DNA of 64,000 nt from Octopus vulgaris (Eukaryota), in assembly GCA_951406725.2 (NCBI GenBank), contig OX597830.1:54312001-54376000 (forward strand), written 5' to 3'. Made by a program: the position numbers and the translations under genes. Within the stretch, counting starts at the first letter, position 1. Each line of letters begins with the position of its first letter. The notes under the pieces were generated by a model. The model ran no database searches. It was given only the letters and a program-made list of their open reading frames with translations, and was not told where the DNA came from. Shown one piece after another: positions 37,911 to 52,290 of the stretch.

Positions 37911-38041
37911 ACATCTTACAGCTGTTTCGGCCATGTAGATAAGTATGTCTCATTTTACCAATGTTAGCCTTTTATGGTAGGTCAATATATAGATATAAAT
38001 GAGACATTTATAAAAATATCATAAGGCCTCTTCGGAGATAT
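37911..38041 (-). ncRNA. Minimal type-I hammerhead ribozyme (minus strand)
   Basis: Minus strand TATCT-CCGAAGA-GGCC...GGCC-GAAA-CAGCTG-TA-AGATG. Long stem II (atgtctcattt/aaatgagacat) and palindromic stem III. Confidence 0.7.
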
Positions 38042-39084
38042 ACATATACATATGAGTGCATATACTCACACTCCTATACATATAAAAATATACATATACA
38101 TAATGATGTAAATAAATAATATAAATTAGTAAACATATATATGTTCCACATTCAATGTTTCAGTTTTTCAACTTAATATTGTGATAATAAACATACACAT
38201 ATTAGTACCTAGATGCAAATATACATAGTCAATAGTACATTATATTACTTCCTACTAATTTCTAAAGTGTCTTTAAAGATAGCATCATTATCGTTGTCAA
38301 TACCATTAATGCTACCATTATTATCATTCATAATATTATTAATAACGCTTACATTAGGATCCAAGGTGGTACATATGTATGTCCGGGTTCCAGTTAGTAA
38401 TTTTCCTTATGACATAAATACACTATTGGATTTGAATTTAAATTATCATTGTCTTCCTCACGGTTGGTCCGCCGAGAGCCGCCAGACCTCCACCACACCG
38501 CACAAGAAAAACATACACATCCACATCCAACCCTAAACCCACACATCCACATAAAAACTCACACACACATGCACACACACATGAATACACCCCGACACAT
38601 CCCTACACATTCACTAAATTGCAGAGTGTATGTCTGTCATCGCATGGCTTATAGACAAATCAGTACAGGCAGCAGTGTCTATACACTAACACACACACTC
38701 ACACGCACATCCGCATATACCCATAAATATTAATACACTCTCATATACTGTGTCAGGGAACATTCGCACACACACATCTATACATATTTAAATATATATC
38801 TGCGCACTCACACGTACAAATAAAACCTATACTTATATTCACCCATGAATAAATATTCGCATATACATATATACATATCCAAATACGCACCTGCGTACTC
38901 ATATGTATAAGAAAAACATACATCCGTACATCCACCCTCGAACATACCTATACGTACATAAACTTACATACGTACACATACACAAAAAGTAAACAGAAGT
39001 TACTATTAATTTAGATATAAGTTCATTAATTATAAATTAAATTAATTATAAGTTAGTAAGTGCCAAATAAACAAAAATAAATAA

Positions 39085-39126
<42 letters not shown>

Positions 39127-39415
39127 ATGTATAGATAAATAGATAACTAAAATGGAATACAAATTAAGAAGAGCACAAAGATAAACCTAATATAGTAAAT
39201 ATAAGTGGATACGCCGAAATGCACCCACATGCACATACATGTGCATGCACGCCCCCGCACAGACACGCTAATTCATGGCTCAGCACACACGCATACGTCC
39301 CTCCCGCACGCACGATCACCGAGATGCACACCAGAACACGCGTACAAGTACACGCGAATGTCCGCAAGCACAGCGCGCGAGAGTGCACACGTTGATGCAC
39401 ATACGCCGACGCGCT

Positions 39416-39457
<42 letters not shown>

Positions 39458-39582
39458 TGTATATATACATTTGTATATATATGTATATATGTGTATATAT
39501 TTTTATTTAAATTATTTAAAATTATTCAAAAACGTTTCAGCTTGAAAGTTGCGGTCATGCTGGGGCACAACCTTTGACTGAG

Positions 39583-40700
39583 CTACACTATTATTTGAAA
39601 CCTCCTCTGGTCAATAAGGGTATTTGATGCTGCTGCTCTCATCTGTGTTTCCTGCTGTGAAGTAGGCTCGTCTCGAACCCTTGACTGGAAGAGATCCAGT
39701 TTTCTTTTAAAGACATTTGCATCGTCACCATGCAGATCTCTCAGGCATTTTGGAAGGATATTACAAAGCTGTGGGCCCTCGAAGCCCAATCTGTTGCAGT
39801 ATCGGGACCTGTATTTTGATGGCGATGCTGGGATCTTTAACACTATGCAGTGACGCCCCGTTCTGCAGTTTGAGTAACTTTCAATCCCAAAGTTTGGTAA
39901 AGGCCCTCTAGGATTTTCCAAATATATATCACTGCATATCTCTTCCGCCTTGGTTGCAGGGAGAAGAGTTTTACATCTTCCAGTCTTTCCCAGTTGCTGA
40001 TACGTTGCATCGAGACGATTTTCTTAGTGTAGCTTCGTTGAATTGCTTCGAGTTCCACCGTGGATTTTATATTGTGTGGTGACCATTGCTGGGAGCAGTA
40101 GTCCAAAAGGCTGAGAATGTATGTTCTCCAGATGATCATCAATGTCTCCTTTTCTCTTGTTTTGAAAGTTCGGAGATTACATCCATCTAGCCGTCTGCAT
40201 TTTATTACCAAATTGGTAATATGCACTTGAAAAGATGCATCATTGCTCATGTCAATGCTCAGGTCAAGCACTGATTTTGATTCACGTATTTCAATTCCTC
40301 CTGGACCAGTGTATCCTGTCTGTATGTCGTTTAACTTTGTGTGCTAGTAGCGTAGGGCCTGGAATTTTCCTGCATTAAACTGCATGTTGTCCTCAGCCCA
40401 CCTGTATATTGCGTCCAACTCCCGTTGCAGATGTGCAATACTTCCAGGATTTTGTATTGTCTGAGAGACTTTTGTATGATCTGCATAGCTAGCAAAGGTG
40501 GCTCTATGAGCAGCCGAGGGCATATCTGAGAGGGCCACTATGAGAGAGCCCGAAGACAGTGATCTCTGAAGCATCACTTGCTATTTGTGTTTCCTTGGAG
40601 GTGGCTCCGCTGGCCACTACTGCCTGACATGCATCGTTTTGAGTAGGAGCGCTGGAAATCCATCCGGGCCAGCATCTGAGTTTGTGTCAATCTCATCTAT
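39583..40700 (-). mobile_element. Decayed CR1/L2-group LINE (RT and C-terminus)
   Basis: FASYADHTKV...FNAGKFQALRY, LLDYCSQQWSPH and FKRKLDLF; same clade as 1030-1703. Confidence 0.8.
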
Positions 40701-40773
40701 GGCCAGTATTACATCTTCTTCAATGTTTATGCATAATATATGTACGCATATATATACATATATATACATGCAT

Positions 40774-40818
<45 letters not shown>

Positions 40819-40942
40819 CATATATATATACACATAAATATATATATATATGTATGTATACATAAATATAGATATGCATAAATATATATATACATATATA
40901 CATACACATATATACACATATGCATACATATATATGCATACA

Positions 40943-41011
<69 letters not shown>

Positions 41012-41160
41012 TAGGTTATAAAATGAGATAGGGGTTGAAAAATTCAACCCACCATGGGATAACATATATCCAATATACTGCTAGATAGGTACCCAACAAG
41101 ACTAATACACAGATGTTAAAAATTGCCAAGCAATTAGTTCATCTATTGTATTATATTGTA

Positions 41161-41230
<70 letters not shown>

Positions 41231-41233
41231 AAA

Positions 41234-41324
41234 TCCAGGCTACATATGTTTCCAAGCTTGCAGAACCTCTGAAGTAATAATTACTCAACGAAGGGTACTC
41301 CACTAGCTATTCATCAGGCTGAAG
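41234..41324 (-). ncRNA. Hammerhead ribozyme motif (minus strand), slightly decayed
   Basis: Minus strand CAGC-CTGATGA-atAGCT...AGCTtg-GAAA-CATATG-TA-GCCTG. Palindromic stem III, with two mismatches at the base of stem II. Confidence 0.6.
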
Positions 41325-41742
41325 ATACCTTAGTTAAATGAAGGTTAATTTGTTGTCAGGGAATCCCAAGGTTAACTCGCAAGGAATTGAGCCTTCCGAC
41401 CGTTTGCGATATCAATGATTGAACAGTCACGCTTTTCCTTAAGCCATTCAGGGTGGAATTTGATTGGCATGCGTTGACTAGATACCTGTTAATGATGATG
41501 CACATGTACGCTATCGCGTTATCTAGCAGTTCCACTACGCGTGTCAGTCGATTCTCTTCTGCTAACAATATGTGCGCGGTTTTAGCACCATACGTCTATA
41601 CGCAAGAATGTCTCAAGACAGTGTTATGATGTGCTAACAGTACAACTTCTATAAGTAGAATATAGATTGCTATTAATACTGCTTTCATTGCCGATATTAA
41701 GTTTGGTGTTGGAATTTGGCTGGCATGTGGTGAACGGAAGCT

Positions 41743-41787
41743 TGTTACTGATGAAAGCCATATACACTGAAACCACGTGATCTAGCA
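41743..41787 (+). ncRNA. Hammerhead ribozyme motif, slightly decayed
   Basis: TGTTA-CTGATGA-aAG...CT-GAAA-cCACGTGa-TC-TAGCA. Stem I extends via ggaa/ttcc and ctggcatg/catgccag. Confidence 0.55.
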
Positions 41788-41968
41788 GTTCCGCAAATCA
41801 TGCCAGACGACTTTCCCCGGCTAAAGTTATACATATGGTTTTAGCACTGTGCATCTATATAAGAGGAGCTCCCAAGGCGAATACTGAAGCAATAAGGCGT
41901 TCTCAAAATACATCCCACGTTAAACCGAATATTAAGACTGCTAGTCGGTGTTAATACTGTTTCCGTTG

Positions 41969-42038
<70 letters not shown>

Positions 42039-42399
42039 GACATACGTTTATACATACATATACACACACACGTGTGTAAATATAAATACGTTATCACAAG
42101 TATACATCGATGTGTATGTTCAGTATCATAATTAAAGCGCAACCAAGTTGATATTATTGCTAGCCGTCACGAGAGATAAAATATGCTCCGTTGGGAAAGT
42201 TAATGTGGGGAAAAAGAATGCCGGAGAAAGATGAAACATTAACCGCAGACGATGGTTCCAAGAACCCAGCAGCCAGAATAGACTTTTAGTTTCATAACCA
42301 TCATCGTTGAAACCAAAAGATGCGAACAGCTCGTCTGGGTAAAAGCAGGATGTAAATGAGGCTCCTGAGTACAGTACATCACTTATGTGCTCCATATAG

Positions 42400-42585
42400 T
42401 CGTCATATGGGTCCGCAGGTCGTCGGCCTGCGCCGATGAAATCGTGACTGGCTCGCTATCTCCAGTGAACTGGCGCAGGACCGTCGTGCGTGGGCTGTCA
42501 CAGTTCGAGATGCCTCGAGGGTGGTAGAAGAAGCCGACTCAACCCGCCCAGGGCGAATGTCTCCACAAGTACAAGTACAAGTAAG
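42400..42585 (+). mobile_element. RTE-type LINE 3' end
   Basis: ELAQDRRAW motif and (caagta)3 tail. Confidence 0.6.
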
Positions 42586-42849
42586 CAAGTATATAGTCGT
42601 CATATCTGTGAGATTAACAATCTTCTTGAAGTTCTGAAGATTTACAAGGAGAAAAATGAAAAGAACAAGACACCATTATTTTGCTTAATTTTTATTATTA
42701 TTGTTATTATAGTTTTACTTCTCAGAGCACCCGGTCTTGTTTGCTCTAGTTGATTATGTGAGAGCAAACGGCAGCCTGTTGTCAGAGGTTTCACAGGGTC
42801 TCTTTCTGCGCATTGTAGGCTTTGATACTTGGTTGTTCATTATCATGGA

Positions 42850-43345
42850 AGACATTCAACATCCAAATATCAATCTCGAAATCTTAACTGTTTCCAGCAG
42901 AGCAGTTTTGGCTTGCTCTGCTCTCATGTCAATTCCGATTTCTCTCACATATTTCTCGAACTTGGTTGTTAGTGCTCAAACTACAGGGATGACAGACAGT
43001 CTCCTTGTAGTCAACATTCTTGCAATTTCCTTTTTCAGTAGTCTGTACTTTTCAATCTTTTCTAGTTCTTTGTCATTTATGTGTGCATCTCCTGGTATTG
43101 CAATATCGTTAATCTTGGTTTCTGTTTTTCGTTTATCTATCACAATATCTGGTCTCCGAGCATCGGTTAGAGAGATGCTATTCCTGTCCCACATTCTTAT
43201 TATTATTATATGAAAATCCACAGCTTATTTTGCTAGGAGGTATGATGGTAAGTGTCAGCTGTCCACAGCCAGCATACTAAGGTCACGTTTACTGGTCATG
43301 CTTCAAGAACCCTGCGAATTGTTGCAGTTCCAAGCAATACTGATT
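42850..43345 (-). mobile_element. R4/Dong-like RLE 3' fragments
   Basis: WDRNSISLTDARRPDIVI...INDIAIPGD...EKIEKY...VIPVV, adjacent to (TAA)n. Confidence 0.7.
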
Positions 43346-43369
43346 TTTGTTGTTGTTGCTGTTGTTGTA

Positions 43370-43441
<72 letters not shown>

Positions 43442-43442
43442 G

Positions 43443-43990
43443 CTGACCTGTGGGTTTATGTCACGTGTAGGTCGGATCCGGCTATCAACTGAATCCATAG
43501 CGAGGATTGCCTCGCCATCCTCATTTGGCCGGGAGGGACAGGCAATTTTTCTTTGTCTGGTGGATATAGCGAAAGAGGTAGTACGGTGGACTCGTTTGAA
43601 GGAGCTAAAATCAGGCACTTTCCTCTTTGGTCAAGCCCTCATCAACTTCTTCAAGTTTCATTTGAAAACGAAATTGAGGGTGGAGAGGGAAGTGTTGTCT
43701 TGTAGCAAGTTTGTTGAAAGGTGGGCGAATGTCGGAAGAATGGCCAATGTGAAAGGACCAATTCTGAGCTTACACCTGTGTAGAAATAAAAGGAAAAGGG
43801 CTCTTGCCCTGCTCTTACCCGTGGCTTTTGTGGTATTTTCCACGAGGAACCTTAAAGCGCCTCCCCCTATTGGGAGATTTTATTGCTTAATTATTATTTT
43901 TTATTGTTTACACGCGTTAAAAAACTCTTCGTATCGTCTTGTATGTTGTGTCATGTCATTTTATGCAGATTTTGTTGAGCTAGTGGCCAA
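43443..43990 (+). mobile_element. L1/Tx1-like 3' fragment
   Basis: FLCLVDIAKEVVRWTR...ALINFFKFHLK; homologous to 61845-62230. Confidence 0.6.
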
Positions 43991-44092
43991 CAAAAGAATG
44001 AATTATTATTATTATTGTTCTTGCCTGTTTCATCCGTGTGTTACTCTTACGTCATCAAAGGAAGTTATAACTCGAATGTAAAAATGTATATA

Positions 44093-44194
<102 letters not shown>

Positions 44195-44384
44195 TAGAAA
44201 GGGAGACAAAGAAAGAGACGAAATGGGAATTGTTGAATCAGTGAAAAAATAGAAAGGGAAAACACAAAAAAAAGAAAGAGAGGGAGAGAGAGAGAGAGAA
44301 GGAGAGAGAGGGGTGAGAGATAAGGTCTATATTATTAGAGAGTGAGAAGGTCTGTATTATTCTGCATTTGTGTGTTTAAAACGA

Positions 44385-46595
44385 AGGCACTATCAAAATG
44401 TTTAATATAACTCAAGTCTGCATGATTTTTGATGTTTGAATGTCTGCATAACGTTTGAAGCAATTTTTGTACTCTGATTTCAAATCTGCTGTTAGTTTTA
44501 CTCCACCACGTCTAGTTTTTCTGTAATAAAACTTTGTTTTTTTTCTGTATTATGTTATCAGAAAATCAGATGGCAGTGATTATCTGATATATTTTGCTCA
44601 ACAAAATAGATTGATACAAACCAATGCTGACCTAATATTAGTAAAAGTAAAACAGTACTTATAAACTCCATTTAAAATGAATATATATATTCTGTTACAT
44701 TTGTAGTAGAGATGTTGTTAAGTTGAGATAAAAATCAACTGATCTTGTAAAAGATCTATACTTCACTTATTTTGGTGTTAAACTCAGTGATTAAGACCTT
44801 GGCTCCACACAAAGTATGTCACATTTGTGTTGAAGGGCTGAAACTCCGGAGAGCCGGTAAGAAAAAAGAAATGCCCCTTGGAATACCAGTGGTGTGACGA
44901 GAGCCGAATAACCACGCTGATTATTGTTAGTTCTACATTACCAACGTTGGTGGGTACAGTGAAAAAAAAAATAAACATAAAATTTTGTATCATTATATTC
45001 CCTCGGTTATACGGCACATGGGGTTGACATTTCGGTTCCTCTCCTCTCACTTGCTTTGAAAAATGTTACATCAGATAGTGATGAAGACAAATGTGAAGAC
45101 GAAGGTAATGACTACACTCCTGACAAAATCGAAAATCCGCAGTTATTTACACAGGAAGAGCTCAATGATTTGGTGAGAAACCTGAACCTACCAAAGGACG
45201 CAGCGGAACTTGTTGGCTCTAGGCTAAAAGTGAAAAAAACTTTTGTTACCTGGAACCTTCTCTTTGTATCATTACAGGAGTTGTTACCATTCTTCGCTGT
45301 GGGTGTTTTGCTATAATATTCTAAACCTGCTGAACTATTTGGAGATCAAGAAAAAACCCTCAGAATGGAGGCTGTTCATTGATTCCTCCAAAAGGAGTTT
45401 GAAGGCTGTCTTGCTACAGAATGGAAATAAGTAGTCATCCATTCCAGTGAAACATTCTGTACAACTAAAGGAGACGTATGAAAATGTAAAAATACTTTTG
45501 TTAAATATAAAGTTTGCAGAATACCACTGGCAAATGCGTGGAGATTTAAAAATTATAGGCATGCTTTTAGGCCTGCGGGTAGGCTACACAAATATGCCAT
45601 GCTTCTTATTTGAATTGGATAGCAGAGCTAAAAAAGCACTGGATGGTTAAAATCTGGCTACAAAGGAGAAGTTTGTTATCTGGATCCAAAAACATTCTGC
45701 ACAAGCCCTTGATTGAACCTACAAAAGAACCGCTACCACCTTTGCACATCAAGCTGGGTTTAATGAAACAGTTCATTGAATCTTTGCCTGCAGATGGACC
45801 ATGTTTGCAGTATCTCTAAAAGAAATGCTCAAATAAAACCAGTGAGAAAATTACAGCATGAATATTTGTTGGTCCAGATTATGAGATATCTATGAATGAA
45901 TCTCAAAAACAGGCATGCAGGAACTTCAAGAGTATTGTCGAGAACTTTTTTGGGAAACAATAAGTGTACAAATTACAAAGTCATAGTTGATACCATGTTG
46001 CAAAACTTTAAAATGCTTGGGTGCCACATGAATGTTAAAAGGCACTTCCTTCACTCACACCTCGACTATTTCCCGGTGTCCCATAGCAATCTACGCGAAG
46101 AGCACAGTGAGAGATTTCATTAGGACATTAAGGAAATGGAGGCGAGGTACCGGTGGAGGTGGAATGTAAACATGATGGCGGATTACTGCTGGATCCTAAA
46201 GAGAAACTGCAAGCAACTACCAAAAGCTGAAAGGAAATCAAAGTAAAGGAAGTTTGAAAAGGAGTAAATTACTTTAAAGCCATGATATGTACATTAAAAA
46301 TATATATTTAGCCAATATATAGGCCTACATGCAATTCAGTTATTTTTTATTAGTGTTCTAGTCATTTGTTCTTGATTTCATCATAATCCTGTTTAAAAGT
46401 CTGTCACAAAAAGGAATGAATAACAAGAAAAAATCATCATATTTTTGGCAGCCATTTGTGCAAAATCTACTTGATAGGCAAAAACTAAAAACATGTTTGA
46501 AATTAGTATTAAAAACTGCTTCAGAATCACCTATAAGTAGACAATCATCATTCACTTCGTCTGAAAATGCAAACTTGTGTAACGAAACAATGTCA
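44385..46595 (+). mobile_element. Chapaev-type (CMC superfamily) DNA transposon, transposase pseudogene
   Basis: Fragments YFGVKL, EWRLFIDSSKRSLKAVLL, GDLKIIGMLLGL..GYT..PCFL, PPLHIKLGLMKQF and HFLHSHLDYFP, with many stops. The superfamily assignment is from recalled motifs. Confidence 0.7.
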
Positions 46596-47521
46596 TGAAG
46601 ATCTCTAAATTGACACTGTAAAGTGAAATTAACTTAGCAAATAGCTGTGGAAGTTACACTTTTATATCTTTTACATGTTCCAGACCAAAACCTGTGGCCA
46701 TGCTGAGGCAACGCTTGGATTAATTAAAAAAAATTATTTGGTTTAAATGCTTATTATGATTATGATAGTAAACAGATACATCGGCAGAACGGAAAGTAGA
46801 TATGATAGTTACTTAGGCAGACAGGCAGGTAGGTAGGTAAGTTTACCGATATATCAAATGTTATGCAAATAGAGATACATATCAATCGATATACAAATAG
46901 ATAGAAAGCTGAACTGAAGTGGAATGAAAAGAAATGAAAATGGTTTCAATTGGTAAATAACTTAGACTGAGCCTCGTTGGTGGTTTTACAGCGAACAGTG
47001 TAGTTTGTTTACATATTTTTAGTTTTCATTTCGGAATGGAATGTAAGGTTGTTCTATTCTCTCACAATAAGGCACATGGACAGAAATTTAACAAGATTAG
47101 AATATATTTGCCACATCCTCTGTTCAGCCATGAGCAAATATATATGTGGCATTTTCTAGGGCCAGGAAATTATCTGATGCGACAGAAAGAGTAGTTGAGA
47201 CTAAAAGACATGTCAAACAAGAAAAGTTATACAAAAAGCAATTGCTGTGATAGTAAATGTAGAATTTTATTAATCTTATGTACATGTACGCCATTCATAT
47301 TACATTTAGTTCATAGAATCTGTAAAGTTTTTTATATTTTATTATACCTATTTCATACACATCTAAATTAGTTCATCTTTTGTATTTCCGTTTATATAAT
47401 ATGGATGTCACATACAAGTTGTATAGTCCAGTTTGTAATATAGAATGCTTGATTCTGATTCAGGGAGTCAGCTCAGAGCTTCTTCCTACGTACATATCAC
47501 AATCATATGAAATATAGTTTA

Positions 47522-47552
<31 letters not shown>

Positions 47553-47854
47553 TTTTATATATGCAATAAAGATTGTAAATAATAAGCATTTATTCAATAT
47601 ATATATATACGTTTTGTCCTTTTAATTCATCTTTTATTTCCTTAAATTATAAAGCACATCATATCTGTCAAAATATAACAAGGCGGTAAATAAACAATAT
47701 CTTCGAAATTTATTTCAATTATATTTGAAAAGTACTGTTTGGATTAAATGGTAGAATATCAAAAGAATTTTTTAAAAAATTCTTGCTTGTGTTTAATATA
47801 TTAATATAATGTTCTCAAATATGTAGATTTACACTACAGAATTCCCACGGGTCC

Positions 47855-47903
<49 letters not shown>

Positions 47904-48131
47904 GACGGTGAGCTGGGATGATCATTAGCACGCCGGGTGAAATGCTTAGCGGCATTTCGTCTGCCACTACGTTCTGAGTTCAAATTCCGCCGAGGTCGAC
48001 TGTGACTTTCATCCTTTCGGGGTCGATAAATTAAGTACTAGTTGAAAACTGCGATCGATGTAATCGACTGTTCCCCACTCCCCAAATTCCAGGCCTTGTG
48101 CCTTTAGTAGAAAGGATTATTATCATCATCA

Positions 48132-48204
<73 letters not shown>

Positions 48205-48205
<1 letters not shown>

Positions 48206-48645
48206 TAGTTTTATTTTTATAGCGTGCTTTCACTTCACTACCGAGCGCAGCTCTGTGTGCCTTGGGTATGTGCTGTGATTTGTTGTGGTGCTCTGATGGT
48301 TATTGTATGGAAAGTGTTCTGCGTAGGATGTGTGCAGTGCCTAGTAGTGCAATTTTCTGTATGTTATATGTGTTTGTAAGTCCTGGTGTTTTTGTTATGT
48401 ATTTGTCTGAATATTTTTTTATCATGCCTAATGCACCTACTATGATAGGAATTGTTTCTGTTTTCAGATTTCACATTCTAGTTACCTCTATTTCCAGGTC
48501 TTTGTATTTTGAGAGTTTCTCCATTTCATTTAGAGACACGTTGTCATCAGCCGGTATTGATACATCAATTAGAAAGCATTTTTTTTCTTCATGATCTCTG
48601 ACAACTATATCTGGTCTGTTGGCCTTAATTTCTCTATCTGTCTGT
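48205..48645 (-). mobile_element. R4/Dong-like RLE 3' fragment
   Basis: Minus strand DREIKANRPDIVV...LIDVSIPADDNV...KYKDLEIE...IPIIVGALG, between (TAA)n tracts. Confidence 0.75.
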
Positions 48646-48648
48646 CTC

Positions 48649-48791
<143 letters not shown>

Positions 48792-49779
48792 AAGGCGGCG
48801 ATCTTGCATAATCGTTAGCGCGCCGGGCGAGATGCATAGCGGTATTTCGTCTGCCGCTATGTTCTGAGTTCAAATTCCACTGAGGACGATTTTGCCTTGT
48901 ATCCTTTCGGGATCGATAAATTAAGTACCATTCAAGCACTGGGGTCGAAGTAATCGAATTCCCCCACCCCCAAATTTCAGGCCTTGTGTCTAAATTTCTA
49001 CTAAAGTAGAAAAGATTATCATTATTATTAAGGCAGCGAGCTCACAAAATCGTAAGTACGCTGGGCAAAATGCTTAGTGGTATTACGTCTGTCTGTAATT
49101 CTTCCGAGGTTTACTTTGAGTCTCATGCTTTCAGGTTTGATAAAATAAGTACCAGTTAAGCACTGTAGTTGATGTAACTGACTTGGACCCTTCCCCAAAA
49201 CTGCTGGCCTTGTGCCAAAATTTTTAACCATTCTTCTTTTTCTTCTTCTTCTTATTACTATTATTTAAGAGTAGAATCGTTAGCACACTGGACAAAATGG
49301 TCCAAGGAATCAGAACTACGAAAAATTGTTCTCGTGGGTATGCCCATATCCTTAGAAAAATATCAACTTGAAAACATCTGATCCTCTTAAAACACTATGA
49401 AAACTGAAATTAAAAATTTAACAGAACCTTAGTTCTCAGATTCTGGCTTCCTTCGCGTACACTATAGTCATAAAGAATACCTATTGTAAAACGTCCAACT
49501 TGCAGTTAATTGGGGTCTCTGGATAAAATTCTGAAAAGCTCGTATACAAAAAAGCAACAGTAATGTAAATAATAATAATCCTTTCTACTGAAGGCACAAG
49601 GCCTGAAATTTTTGGGGAGGGGACTAGTCGATTACATTGATCCTAGAGTTTCAATGGTACTTGAATTATCGATCCCGAAAGGATGAAAGCCAAAGTTGAT
49701 CTCGGAACGTAGCGATGGGCGAAATACCGCTAAGCAATTTTTCCGGCGTGCTAACGATTCAGCCAGCTCGCCGCCTTAC

Positions 49780-49874
<95 letters not shown>

Positions 49875-49989
49875 ATGTAATAAAGACTGAAAATAACAAA
49901 GATTTAATCAATATACATAAGTTTTGTCCATTTAATTTCTCTGAAGATGTATGTAAAATAAAATCCTGGGCTTGGTTTAAAAAGGGACA

Positions 49990-50780
49990 GTTAAAAAAAG
50001 AAACAGAGTTTAATTGTAGCAGCCCAAGATCAAGCGATAAAAGCAAATAATTTCAGAAAAAATATATATGAAGAGAATGTACCTGAAAAATGTATAGCCT
50101 GTGGAATTTGGGACGAGACAGTGGCACACATTGTAGCAGAATGTCCCAAGTTGACACAGGAAGAATATAAGAAATGGAGGCACGACCAGGTTGTAAAAGC
50201 TATACACTAGAAACTGTGCCAGAAATGGGGATTTGAAGCTGGAACCACATGGCACAATCATTGAGTAGAAAGAGTATTGGAGTCGGAGAGATGTAAGTTT
50301 TAGTGGGACTTCCCTGTTCAAACGGACAAGAAATTAGAAAATAATAGACGGACACAACAATAAGATAAGGAAAAGCAAAGATGCTTACTAATCGACCCAT
50401 CATGCCCGTTTGATTCCAGGATTGTAAAGAAAGAGAACAAAAAACAAAACAAAAAAAAAAAAAACAAAAAAATACAATCCCTTAAAATTTGAAATAGGAA
50501 GAATTTCGAGTATGAGAAGTGTAAAGGTTGTGCCTATAATAATTGGTGCGCTGGGAACAGTAAACAAAGATATAGACAAATGGCTGAAAGAGAGTGGAAT
50601 AGAATGCCCGGTAGAGCTCCTACAGAAAGTTTGTCTCTTAGGTAACTCGGGGATCATTAAAAGGGTTCTAAGCACTTGAAAGACTACTGAAAACTTGTGG
50701 ATACCTAAGGTTACAGGTAGTAGTCGCTACCCACATAAATCCTACCAGGAATAAAACTGTACCCGAGTCAAACCAAATAA
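49990..50780 (+). mobile_element. R4/Dong-like 3' fragment (CCHC and RLE)
   Basis: ETVAHIVAECPKL..EEYKKWRHDQV...VVPIIIGALGTV read across frameshifts. Confidence 0.7.
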
Positions 50781-51348
50781 TAATGATTTCAAATTTTGGC
50801 TCGAGGCCAGTAAGTTCGGGAGAGAGGTAAGTCGATTACATTGACCCCCCCCCCCCAGTGTACAACTGGTACTTATTCTTATCAACGCCGTAAGGGTGAA
50901 AGGCAGTCAACCTCGGTGGAACTTGAATTGAGAATGTAAACCTGGACGAAATGCCGCAAAGCATTTCGCGACGACGTACTAACGATACAGCCAGTTCACC
51001 GCTTTAAAATATTAATATTAATAATAATAATTACCATCATCCAAATCTTTAATATTATTATCATCATCATTATTTTGGCAATTGTAATTGTCACTTGCAT
51101 CTAGCTCTTAGTGATGTACATTTTTATTAGTATTATTACAGTAAAAAAAATGCATATGTCATATAGCCCTATATTACAGCTCTATGTGTAATTTATACTT
51201 CGATTAATGTACGATATAAGCTAATTTATAAGCTATACACACAAGAATAATGTTTAATAGTATTATATAAAGCATTGTATAAGCTGATATAATGCATGTA
51301 GATTTGTATGTAAGCAGATATAAAACATGTTTACATTACTTTATGTGA

Positions 51349-52236
51349 TTAGTTTAGTTTAGTTAACTCATTCGGTGAGAAGTCATCAGAACTTTGACAT
51401 TTTCTTGAACATAGTGTTCGAATACTTTGTTTTATAGTGGGATCAGAAAGCCACAAAAACGGTACCACTATAAATTTTATGAGAAATATTAAAAAGGCAC
51501 TGTAAAACAATTTAGCCATTAACCCTCCATACATTACAGCAAACAAAATGTTGTGAATAGCGTATAGTATCATCGTGACGAGAACAACAGCGATTATTGT
51601 TCTTAATGGTACAATTGTATCATCATTCCCTCTATTATTCACTGAAATGTTGATCAACATACCAAGATATACTAGTAATACTATAACATACAAAATTACT
51701 ATGGCAAAATGGAAATAGAGGGCACTTGCATCTAAGTCTATCTGACATGGATTGAGTTTGTGGGATGTGTATGCTAACATCATTACTAATACTTTTATCC
51801 AGATAAAAACCCACAAAACTACCGTTAGTATGATCTGGGGACACAGAAAACTTTGACTGTCGTGTTTGCTTGGATTAGTGTATTTCACAATAAAATCATA
51901 GCAAATAGGAATTAAGAAATACAGAGCACCGTCTTCAAAAACGGAACATAGTATAAAAATGGCATAGCAGCCAGACGCTTGTAAATCAGTGAATATTTTC
52001 ACATGTGCATAGCGGAAGTAAAATAGAAAGGCAAACAGTGTGTAATTAAACATATAGTTCAATAATAAGAAAGAGCGCGTTTTCTCATAGGCTTTTCGAT
52101 CTAGGAAAATGGCTATCGATAACAGTAGACTGAATACGGTTATTACAATGGCCGCAATACAAACACTTATAGTTATCCAGTTAATTTCAGGAGATGCAGT
52201 GAGAGTAGAATTAGTTTCATTTTTATAGCCTTCCAT
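51349..52236 (-). CDS. Orphan 7TM GPCR-like receptor, paralogue 5 (295 aa)
   Basis: Intact ORF, closest to paralogue 4. CYDFIVKYTNPSKH, PFLWLSDPTIKQSIRTL, C-terminal TKLN, and N-terminal NET/NST sequons. Confidence 0.9.
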   Translation of the reverse strand: MEGYKNETNSTLTASPEINWITISVCIAAIVITVFSLLLSIAIFLDRKAYEKTRSFLLLNYMFNYTLFAFLFYFRYAHVKIFTDLQASGCYAIFILCSVFEDGALYFLIPICYDFIVKYTNPSKHDSQSFLCPQIILTVVLWVFIWIKVLVMMLAYTSHKLNPCQIDLDASALYFHFAIVILYVIVLLVYLGMLINISVNNRGNDDTIVPLRTIIAVVLVTMILYAIHNILFAVMYGGLMAKLFYSAFLIFLIKFIVVPFLWLSDPTIKQSIRTLCSRKCQSSDDFSPNELTKLN

Positions 52237-52263
52237 CTTGCATTAACCAGAACTGTTTCAAAC

Positions 52264-52290
52264 CTGAAACGGAAATAGATTTCAATAAAA
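52264..52290 (-). promoter_or_regulatory. 3' splice acceptor of 5'-UTR intron, paralogue 5
   Basis: tctatttccgtttcag| lies 27 nt before the ATG. Confidence 0.75.
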
